Shown: positions 20,582 through 28,161 of the stretch, in pieces | Numbering within the stretch: position 1 is the first letter of the stretch | How the letters are laid out: each line of letters begins with the position of its first letter | DNA from: an uncultured bacterium | GTDB lineage: Bacteria > AUK180 | Assembly (NCBI GenBank): GCA_937863565.1 | Contig: CALMGJ010000021.1 | Span: 1-60,858, forward strand | Direction: 5' to 3' | Length of the DNA: 60,858 nucleotides | Translations under genes and position numbers: made by a program | Notes under the pieces: generated by a model | The model's database searches: none | Seen by the model: only the letters and a program-made list of their open reading frames with translations | What the model was told of the DNA's origin: nothing

Positions 20582-21223
20582 ATGAATATCGAAGAAGAAA
20601 AGATTAAACTTCTCATAGCAAAAGTAAAAAAGGATTTCGTGCCTCCAACCGGACTTCCTTCCGTTCTTGTCGAGGTATCCGCCAGGCACCTTCATCTATC
20701 ACGCCCGGATCTGGATGTCCTTTTTGACGCAGGATACGAATTGACCGGTAAAAAACCTCTTTCCCAACCCGGCCAGTTCGCAGCCGAGGAAACCGTAAGA
20801 GTAGCCGGCCCGCGCGGGCACATGGACAATGTGCGCATTCTGGGCCCGGTCAGGGGGGATACGCAGGTGGAACTCTCTATGACGGATTGTTTTCATCTCG
20901 GTATTCAGCCGGTTTTGAAGATGTCCGGTGATATCGAAGGTTCACCCGGCACGATCCTGTTCGGCCCCGCTGGTCATACTGAAATAAAACAGGGGGTGAT
21001 CGTTGCGAAACGCCATCTGCATATTACGCCTTCCGATGCCGAGAATTTCGGACTGGCTGACGGACAGGAAATCTCCGTCAGGATAGATTCACCGCGCGGA
21101 GGGATACTCGAGAATATTGCTGTCAGAGTTAGTGAGAAATTCAGTACGGCGCTTCATCTGGATACCGATGAAGCCAATGCGCTCGGGATAAAGACGGGCG
21201 GTCGTGCCGAGATCTTAAAATAA
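20582..21223 (+). CDS. pduL: BMC phosphotransacylase PduL with N-terminal encapsulation-peptide-like helix
   Basis: [43 protein letters not shown]. Confidence 0.93.
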   Translation: MNIEEEKIKLLIAKVKKDFVPPTGLPSVLVEVSARHLHLSRPDLDVLFDAGYELTGKKPLSQPGQFAAEETVRVAGPRGHMDNVRILGPVRGDTQVELSMTDCFHLGIQPVLKMSGDIEGSPGTILFGPAGHTEIKQGVIVAKRHLHITPSDAENFGLADGQEISVRIDSPRGGILENIAVRVSEKFSTALHLDTDEANALGIKTGGRAEILK

Positions 21224-21240
21224 AAACAATGGAGGAAGAA

Positions 21241-21528
21241 ATGGAAGCATTGGGAATGATCGAAACCAAGAGCCTTGTCGCATGCATTGAAGCCGCGGAC
21301 GCGATGGTCAAAGCAGCGAAGGTAACGCTCGTTGGTTATGAAAAAACGGGCGGTGGTTTTGTAACGGCCCTGATTAGAGGCGATGTTGCCGCATGTAAAG
21401 CGGCAACAGATGCCGGTGCCGCGGCCGCGCAGAAAGTCGGTGAACTCGTAAGCGTACATGTGATCCCGAGACCCCATTCTAATCTCGAGGATATTTTCCC
21501 CATCAAGATAAAGGGTTCATCAAAGTAA
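21241..21528 (+). CDS. eutM: BMC hexamer shell protein (PduA/EutM family)
   Basis: ALGMIET...[10 protein letters not shown]...[10 protein letters not shown]...[15 protein letters not shown] before ATG 21241. Confidence 0.93.
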   Translation: MEALGMIETKSLVACIEAADAMVKAAKVTLVGYEKTGGGFVTALIRGDVAACKAATDAGAAAAQKVGELVSVHVIPRPHSNLEDIFPIKIKGSSK

Positions 21529-21560
21529 AAGAGCCTCCGGGAATATAACGGAGAAAAGAA

Positions 21561-21827
21561 ATGCTTATCGGAAAAGTTATCGGGAAGATCGTTTCCACAA
21601 GAAAAGAGCCTAAACTGTCCGGAGCGAAACTTCTTGTAGTGCAGCCGCTCGATCTCAAGATGAAACCGACCGGCGAGCCGATGGTGTGCATCGATTCCGT
21701 CGAAGCCGGGTACGGAGAGACCGTTCTTGTGGTTCAGGGATCATCGGCACGGCTCGTTAGCCATCAGGGAGATAATCCCGTGGATGCGGCCATCATCGGG
21801 ATCATAGACTCCGTCGATCTGAATTGA
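21561..21827 (+). CDS. eutN: BMC pentamer (vertex) protein, EutN/CcmL family
   Basis: GKVIGKIVSTRK, D.V.AG.GE.VL, GSSAR, PVDAAIIGIID. Confidence 0.93.
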   Translation: MLIGKVIGKIVSTRKEPKLSGAKLLVVQPLDLKMKPTGEPMVCIDSVEAGYGETVLVVQGSSARLVSHQGDNPVDAAIIGIIDSVDLN

Positions 21828-21841
21828 ACGGAGGTATGCCG

Positions 21842-23248
21842 ATGGACGAAAAGGGACTTCGCGAGCTTATAAAGAAGGTCGCAGAGGATTTCGGGAGAAC
21901 TCCCACTTCTAACAGGAATTCCGGAGGAATTTTTCCGGGGATAAACGAGGCCATATCGGCCGCCGCGTCAGCATTCGGAGCATACGGGGAATTTCCTCTT
22001 GAAAAAAGGCATAATATCATCGAAGCGATCCGCGCCGCCGCTTTAGCGAACGCTCCTGCGCTTGCCGAACTGACAGTTGAAGAAACCGGAATGGGCAAGG
22101 TCGCCGATAAGATAGCGAAGATCGGTCTCGTGGCCGGAAAAACCCCAGGTGTGAGCGATGTTCAACCTAAGGTCTTCACAGGAGATCACGGCCTTGTTCT
22201 CGAAGAAAGAGCGCCATACGGCATTATCGGTTCCATTACACCGTCCACCAATCCGGCGGCTACGGTCATCAATAACTCGATCTCCGCCCTGGCCGGCGGG
22301 AACACGATCGTTTTTCATCCGCATCCTTCAGCAAAACTTACAAGTATCGCAGCCGTAAAAACCGTTAACGCAGCAATAGCATCCGCCGGCGGCCCGGCAG
22401 ACCTTGCCGTAACGATCACTGACCCGACACTTGAATCAAGTTCGGCCCTGATGAAACATCCCGATATAGATCTTCTTGTGGCTACGGGAGGGGAATTCAT
22501 GGTTCATCTGGCTATGAATTCCGGGAAAAAGGCGATCGTCGCGGGTCCCGGGAACCCCCCTTCTCTCGTTGATGAAACAGCGGACATAGCGCGTGCCGCT
22601 GCGGATATAGTCGCATCCTCCTCCTTTGACAATAACCTTGTTTGCATTCTTGAAAAGGAAGTGTTCGCCGTGGACAGTATCGCGGCCTCCCTGATCGAGA
22701 AGATGGCGGACAATGGCGCTTTCATCGTTGCGCGCGAAGATATCGGAAAGATCACCGAACTTGTCATCGCGAAGGACGAGGGAACGGGATACAGGGTACC
22801 TCAGGTCAATAAGAAATATGTGGGGAAAGACCCTGCTGTGATCCTCAGGGATGCGGGTATCAGTGTTCCCGAAAATATACGCATAGCCATCATCGAGGTC
22901 GACTGGGACCATCCTCTGGTCCAGGCCGAGCAGCTGATGCCCGTTCTGCCCGTTGTAAGGGTAAAAGATTGGGAAGAAGGAATGGAACGAAGCCTTTTGA
23001 CCGAACACGGCTACCGTCACACATTTACGATGCATTCGACGAATATCGACAGACTTTCAACGATGGCTAAAAAATGCAATGCGTCCATCTTCGTGAAGAA
23101 CGGCATGTCGCTTCAAGGACTCGGATACATGGGCGAAGGCCCTTCTTCAATGACGATCGCTACGCCGACCGGAGAGGGTGTGACCACAGCCGTCACTTTC
23201 ACCAGAATAAGAAGGTGCGCCCTGGTTGACAGATTCAGGATAATATGA
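21842..23248 (+). CDS. eutE: CoA-acylating aldehyde dehydrogenase (EutE/PduP family) with N-terminal encapsulation peptide
   Basis: PYGIIGSITPSTNP, ATGG, AGPGNPP, SFDNNLVCILEKE (catalytic Cys), TPTGEG. SD GGAGGT lies 6 nt before ATG 21842. Confidence 0.92.
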   Translation: MDEKGLRELIKKVAEDFGRTPTSNRNSGGIFPGINEAISAAASAFGAYGEFPLEKRHNIIEAIRAAALANAPALAELTVEETGMGKVADKIAKIGLVAGKTPGVSDVQPKVFTGDHGLVLEERAPYGIIGSITPSTNPAATVINNSISALAGGNTIVFHPHPSAKLTSIAAVKTVNAAIASAGGPADLAVTITDPTLESSSALMKHPDIDLLVATGGEFMVHLAMNSGKKAIVAGPGNPPSLVDETADIARAAADIVASSSFDNNLVCILEKEVFAVDSIAASLIEKMADNGAFIVAREDIGKITELVIAKDEGTGYRVPQVNKKYVGKDPAVILRDAGISVPENIRIAIIEVDWDHPLVQAEQLMPVLPVVRVKDWEEGMERSLLTEHGYRHTFTMHSTNIDRLSTMAKKCNASIFVKNGMSLQGLGYMGEGPSSMTIATPTGEGVTTAVTFTRIRRCALVDRFRII

Positions 23249-24561
23249 CGGTCCCTCTCGAGGACATCAAACGGGCCGGCATCGTCGGTTCCGGCGGAGC
23301 GGGTTTCCCTCTTCACAGAAAACTCGGGCTCAAAGCAAAAACATTCATTGTGAACGGAGCGGAATGCGAACCGCTTCTTGAAACGGATAAAGAGATACTT
23401 AAACACCATATTGAGGATGTGATCTCCGGAATAAAGGAAGCGACCACGCGTACGGGAGCCGGAGAGATATTCCTTGCCGTTAAGGAAAAATACGGCGATC
23501 TGGGGGAGCACCTTTCCCGATCGCTTCCGGCCGGCATCACTGTCGTCCCTCTTGCCAATGCCTATCCCGTAGGCGACGAGCAGGTGCTTATTAGGGAGAT
23601 AAAGGGGGATATCGTTCCGGAAGGAGGGCTTCCTCTTGACCGCGGCATCATTGTCAATAATGTGGAAACAATGTACCATCTGGGTCGTTTTATAAAGCAC
23701 GGGGAACCGTCCGTGGAGAGATTTCTTACCGTTGCTGGAGAAGTGAAGAACCCCTTTGTTGCGAAAGTGCCCGTTGGCGCTTCTTTTGCGCAGATCATTG
23801 ATATTGCCTGTCCGGCAATGCCCCTGGATGATCTTGTCGTGATCGACGGCGGTCCGATGATGGGAAAATTCGTCGATACGGAAGCGAATGTAAGGAAAAC
23901 GACTTCAGGCATCCTTCTTATTCCGAAGGGCTCAAAACTGGTAAGGCAAAGAACGAGGACATTGAAGGAGACCGCAAAGATCGCAAGAAGCGCCTGTATA
24001 CAGTGCAGAAGGTGTACGGACCTCTGTCCGCGATATCTCAACGGGCATCGCTGCGAACCGCATAAATGGATGAGAAACCTTGCCTTTGGAGAAATCGAAC
24101 CTAATGAGATCGCCTATCTCTGCTGTGAATGCGGTCTCTGCGAGCTCATGTCCTGCCCTATGGACATCTCACCGAGACTCATTGCAGGTATACACAAACG
24201 GCTTCTTGCCGAAAAGGGACAAAAGAACGAGCATTACAGGGAAAAAGATCCTCACACCCGGGAATATTATAAAGAAAGGCTTGCCGGAACGGAAAGGTTA
24301 TGCGAGCATCTCGGGATCGACGGTTATATGACGCATCCGGTCCTTACCGATCCCGGCATTGAATTTAGTGAAGTTAAGATCGATGTCTCGGGGCATTTAG
24401 GTACTCCCGCGAAAATTTGCGTAAAAAACGGCTCACATGTCGAAAGAGGCGATGTCATTGCAGAATGCCCGGATGATTCCGGAGTATATTACCACGCTTC
24501 AATCCCGGGATATATTGAAATCCCAAACGAAAAAAACGTTATTATAAAGAGGAAGAGATGA
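23245..24561 (+). CDS. pduS: PduS/RnfC-like flavin Fe-S oxidoreductase
   Basis: AGIVGSGGAGFP, NGAECEPLL, GGPMMG, CIQCRRCTDLCP, CCECGLCE..SCP. Confidence 0.88.
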   Translation: MTVPLEDIKRAGIVGSGGAGFPLHRKLGLKAKTFIVNGAECEPLLETDKEILKHHIEDVISGIKEATTRTGAGEIFLAVKEKYGDLGEHLSRSLPAGITVVPLANAYPVGDEQVLIREIKGDIVPEGGLPLDRGIIVNNVETMYHLGRFIKHGEPSVERFLTVAGEVKNPFVAKVPVGASFAQIIDIACPAMPLDDLVVIDGGPMMGKFVDTEANVRKTTSGILLIPKGSKLVRQRTRTLKETAKIARSACIQCRRCTDLCPRYLNGHRCEPHKWMRNLAFGEIEPNEIAYLCCECGLCELMSCPMDISPRLIAGIHKRLLAEKGQKNEHYREKDPHTREYYKERLAGTERLCEHLGIDGYMTHPVLTDPGIEFSEVKIDVSGHLGTPAKICVKNGSHVERGDVIAECPDDSGVYYHASIPGYIEIPNEKNVIIKRKR

Positions 24562-25118
24562 ACCGGAAAACAGCATTGGCGCTCGTTGAGTTTAACAGCA
24601 TAGCTCACGGCATAGCCTTCGCGGACCAGATGACTAAAGGCGGAGATATAAAACTTCTGGACAATTACCCAACCTGTCCGGGTAAACATGTCGCGATCAT
24701 TTCCGGCGATACCCAGGCAGTAAAGGAAGCATTGATGAAAGGGTTGGAATCGGGGAACGATTTTGTTCTGGAACATACGGTGATACCCAATATCGATCCC
24801 CAGGTATTGAACGGTGCAATGGGAATTCCCGCCGCCTCGGCGAAGGATATTGATGCTCTGGGCATAGTCGAGAGCTATTCGATAATAAAAACGGTGGAAG
24901 CGGCCGATCAAGCCGTTAAGGAATCAAAGGTGCTTCTCGTAGAGATGCGGCTGGGTAAAGCCCTGGGCGGCAAAGGTTACTTCATCATCACCGGGGAGAT
25001 AGGGGCCGTTACATCGGCTACAAGAAAAGCTGCGGAATTCCTTGCTGCGGAGACGAACCTTGTTGCGTACAGGATCATTCCCGCTCCTTCGGACGAAGTT
25101 AAAAAAAGCTTGTTTTAA
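24558..25118 (+). CDS. pduT: BMC trimer shell protein, PduT-type
   Basis: Tandem BMC domains; TCPGK with the PduT pore Cys; LGGKG; follows pduS. Confidence 0.88.
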   Translation: MNRKTALALVEFNSIAHGIAFADQMTKGGDIKLLDNYPTCPGKHVAIISGDTQAVKEALMKGLESGNDFVLEHTVIPNIDPQVLNGAMGIPAASAKDIDALGIVESYSIIKTVEAADQAVKESKVLLVEMRLGKALGGKGYFIITGEIGAVTSATRKAAEFLAAETNLVAYRIIPAPSDEVKKSLF

Positions 25119-25127
25119 GGTGAAAAA

Positions 25128-25745
25128 ATGAGAATAGCGATAGGCAGCGATCATGGCGGTTTTGAATTGAAAAAGAAGCTTGCGGAACATCTTCGCGCAA
25201 AGAAGGAGGACGTGAGCGATCTCGGCACCTTCACGAAAGATGCGGTGGATTATCCCGACATAGCGGCCATCGTGGCACTTGAGGTCGCAAAAGGGAATTT
25301 CGCGTGCGGCATACTTATAGACGGTACGGGGATCGGTTCGGCGATCGCGGCAAATAAGATAAAGGGTATAAGGGCGGCCTCATGCGCCAATACATTAATG
25401 GCATCTTCCGCGCGCGAACACGGCAATGCCAATATCCTTGTCATAGGGGCCGGCGTCGTGGGAGAAGCCCTTGCCAAGGAAATAACCGATATCTTCATTT
25501 CAAGATCTTTCGCAGGCGGCCGGCATGCCATGCGTCTGGAGAAAATTGCAAAACTCGAAAATGCGAATCTGAAAGAGATCGAGAGATATACATCGCCTCC
25601 TAAAAAACTCGTGACCGCAGATGATGTGAGAACGGCGAAAATGAACGGCGAATCCGTATTGTATCATCAGAAAGGGGCGATCATAACAGCTGCAGCGAAA
25701 GATGCGGCGCATGATCTCGATATACGCCTTGTGGAGAGGACATGA
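25128..25745 (+). CDS. rpiB: RpiB/LacAB-family sugar-phosphate isomerase with C-terminal EutQ-N-like extension
   Basis: GSDHGG, DYPD, DGTGIGS, ANKIKGIRAA, AREH.NAN, FAGGRH; an extra ~55 aa C-terminal domain. Confidence 0.88.
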   Translation: MRIAIGSDHGGFELKKKLAEHLRAKKEDVSDLGTFTKDAVDYPDIAAIVALEVAKGNFACGILIDGTGIGSAIAANKIKGIRAASCANTLMASSAREHGNANILVIGAGVVGEALAKEITDIFISRSFAGGRHAMRLEKIAKLENANLKEIERYTSPPKKLVTADDVRTAKMNGESVLYHQKGAIITAAAKDAAHDLDIRLVERT

Positions 25746-26011
25746 ACATAGGCAAAGTGATCGGCTCGGTCACGCTTTCGCACTGCGAACCGGGGCTGAA
25801 GAACAAGAAACTTCTTATCATTAAATTCCTCAAAGACAACGGGGAGTTGTCCGAAAAATACAGTATCGTCGTTGACAAGATGGGCGCCGGCCCTCATGAA
25901 AAAGTACTTCTTGTCAAAGGAAAGGAGGCGGTGGACATGCTCGTCGGATATAAACCTCCATCCGACCTCACCATTTGCGGGATCATCGACGAGATTCTCC
26001 TCCAACCCTGA
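25742..26011 (+). CDS. eutN: Second BMC pentamer protein, EutN/CcmL family
   Basis: IGKVIGSVT, D.MGAG..E.VL, P.D.TICGIIDE. Confidence 0.88.
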   Translation: MNIGKVIGSVTLSHCEPGLKNKKLLIIKFLKDNGELSEKYSIVVDKMGAGPHEKVLLVKGKEAVDMLVGYKPPSDLTICGIIDEILLQP

Positions 26012-26058
26012 AAGGTTCAGATCTGTCATCATAAAAGGTTGATCCGGTATTAAAGGAC

Positions 26059-26072
26059 GATCCGATATCCGT
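26059..26072. terminator. Small GC hairpin between the convergent BMC operon and ClC gene
   Basis: CCGTC-CGGA-GACGG in a 74-nt convergent gap; no U-tract. Confidence 0.25.
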
Positions 26073-26085
26073 CCGGAGACGGGGA

Positions 26086-27426
26086 TCAGCGGTTATCTTT
26101 CTTTGAGAAGAACGCCACTATCTTTTTTAACAGTGAATCATCCGAAAAATTCACGCCGGGCACGGCTCCGTCCACCTCCCTGTCGGTATCAATTTCAATA
26201 GAGGATGATTTCACGAAACCGATGATCTGGGAAGGATAAACGCTCCTGTGTCCCGTAATCAGAAAAGAAATAACACATGCAAGCGCCGCCCAAGGAGATA
26301 TCTTCGCTCCGAAAAGTTCCACAGCCATAATGCTCGAAGCGATAGGCGTGTTCGTTGAACCGGCAAGAAGCGCCACCATTCCGATACCGGCGAAAGTCGA
26401 CCTGTCCAAACCGAATATATCGGCAAAAAGACTTCCGGCAGTGACACCGATGAAAAATATCGGCGTCACTATTCCGCCGCTGCCTCCGAAATTCAAGGTC
26501 ATCGAAGTAAAGAGCATCTTTGCCGCGAAAGCATACCATAATATCTTCTCCCCCGAAAGCCCTTCCCTTATCGAACCCAGACCCAATCCGAAAAATGACC
26601 GTCCGAAGATAAGGGAAAGTGCCACCATAGCGCCGCCGATAAAAAAGGCTTTGAGGTAGATATTCGTCCGCATTCCGTCGGACACGGTCTTCCCGGCTTT
26701 CAATATTTCAATGAGCAGGGCGGATACGATACCGAAGAACAAGCCCGCCGCAACAACGATAAAGATGAAATTATGCGATGCCGCACCGTCAAAGTTCAAT
26801 TCGAAATAATTATAATTCATTCCGAGGTACTTTGCCGTTTGAAAGGATATAATGCCCGCCACGAAAGACGGAAGCATGACATCGTAGAGGATCTTCCCGA
26901 TATAAAGTACTTCGATGGCGAATATCGCGCCGGCTATCGGAGTGCCGAAAACGGCGGCAAAACCGGCGCTTATCCCGCAGATCACGAGTTTTCTTCTATT
27001 CTCATCGCTGAACTTGAAAAGATCGGCAAAGAATGAAGCCAGCCCCGCCCCGATCTGGGCGCAAGGCCCTTCCTTTCCAGCCGATCCGCCGAACACGAGC
27101 GTGAACAGAGTAGCCGTCAATTTGACCGGGACCACTGCGAGTTTGATCCTCCCGTTCCGCTGATGTATGGCCTCTATGACCTTCTCCGTACCGTGCCCTT
27201 CGGCATCGGGAGCCAATCTTTTTATAATGAAGACCGTAAGAACAAGGGCGAAAGGCAGAAGAACGAAAGAGAACGGTGTCTCGGCGGTCTTACCTGAAAA
27301 AAGCTCGAGCAATGTAAGGAAAAGGGAGGTGGAGAAACCTACGACAATGCCGATGCAGGCCGCAATGACGAACCATTTGAACACGCTGAAAAAAATTACG
27401 GTCCCCTCTGCCAGATGTCTTTTCAT
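26086..27426 (-). CDS. ClC-family chloride channel/antiporter
   Basis: GSAGKEGP, AGFAAVFGTPIAG, GGIVTP, NTPIAS. Start ATG 27426 follows GAGGGG. Confidence 0.9.
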   Translation of the reverse strand: MKRHLAEGTVIFFSVFKWFVIAACIGIVVGFSTSLFLTLLELFSGKTAETPFSFVLLPFALVLTVFIIKRLAPDAEGHGTEKVIEAIHQRNGRIKLAVVPVKLTATLFTLVFGGSAGKEGPCAQIGAGLASFFADLFKFSDENRRKLVICGISAGFAAVFGTPIAGAIFAIEVLYIGKILYDVMLPSFVAGIISFQTAKYLGMNYNYFELNFDGAASHNFIFIVVAAGLFFGIVSALLIEILKAGKTVSDGMRTNIYLKAFFIGGAMVALSLIFGRSFFGLGLGSIREGLSGEKILWYAFAAKMLFTSMTLNFGGSGGIVTPIFFIGVTAGSLFADIFGLDRSTFAGIGMVALLAGSTNTPIASSIMAVELFGAKISPWAALACVISFLITGHRSVYPSQIIGFVKSSSIEIDTDREVDGAVPGVNFSDDSLLKKIVAFFSKKDNR

Positions 27427-27430
27427 CCCC

Positions 27431-28117
27431 TCAGTTGAATATCCTTTCCAGGTCCCTCGTCTGTATCCCGTCCGCCCTCGGCGTCTCGTAGGAAAAAGCG
27501 ATCCGGACATCGGTATACCCGAATCCTGCGGCGAGAGAGGATACGGCTCTGTAGAGAGCTTGGTGTATCTCTTTTTTATGGAATCTCAGATAATTCCGCG
27601 TCGAGAGCTCAACGCTTCGTTTGGCCTGAGAAATGATCTCGTTGCGCTCGTCAACGGTAAATCCGATCTGCGTCGAGAGAAAGCCGGGAAGTAGAAATGG
27701 AAGTATCCTCGCATTCTGCTCGTCTATGAACCGAAGGTCTTTGATGTTCACCGTATACTTTATCCTGGGAAGAAGAAATTCCACATAACCGTCCTCGTCG
27801 TTCACATTTATGGCAAACGCCGGTTCCATCAGATCGATCTTAAATTCCGATAAAAATTCCACCAGAAGGATCATCTTTTTCTCCGAAACGAAGAAATTAA
27901 GATAGGCAAGATTGGGATTCGTCACAAAAGGTTTCGTTTCAACGATAATATCCTTGAAATATATTTGAAAAAAATGAAGTTCCCCTATCTCCTTCACCTT
28001 TTCGATCACGGGGTGTATGTCCACTTTGTATTTTCGCCCGCCGGAAAAAATAATCATAATGCTGACCGTTAAAAGGACAAGAAGAACGATCGTTGAAAAA
28101 AACCAGAATCTCTTCAT
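27431..28117 (-). CDS. Single-TM hypothetical protein, DUF4230-like
   Basis: N-terminal TM; VIEKVKEIGEL; KIDL; V.F.LP; A...A; GF.Y..V pattern. Confidence 0.6.
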   Translation of the reverse strand: MKRFWFFSTIVLLVLLTVSIMIIFSGGRKYKVDIHPVIEKVKEIGELHFFQIYFKDIIVETKPFVTNPNLAYLNFFVSEKKMILLVEFLSEFKIDLMEPAFAINVNDEDGYVEFLLPRIKYTVNIKDLRFIDEQNARILPFLLPGFLSTQIGFTVDERNEIISQAKRSVELSTRNYLRFHKKEIHQALYRAVSSLAAGFGYTDVRIAFSYETPRADGIQTRDLERIFN

Positions 28118-28123
28118 AAGGAT

Positions 28124-28151
28124 ATGATAATACTTTTTAATAATATTTCAA
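28124..28151 (-). promoter_or_regulatory. Leaderless-type promoter for the DUF4230-like/ClC genes
   Basis: Minus strand TTGAAA-16-TATCAT; 6 nt to ATG 28117. Confidence 0.55.
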
Positions 28152-28161
28152 GCTCTCCGGG

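Noticed and set aside
23245-24561. Rnf complex subunit C
   Set aside because: No rnfABDEG genes; its position in a BMC operon before pduT identifies it as PduS-like.
26011-26053. Three short AAAGG...GATC motifs after the BMC operon as a mini repeat array or CRISPR
   Set aside because: Too short and degenerate, spacers far below CRISPR length, and no cas genes.
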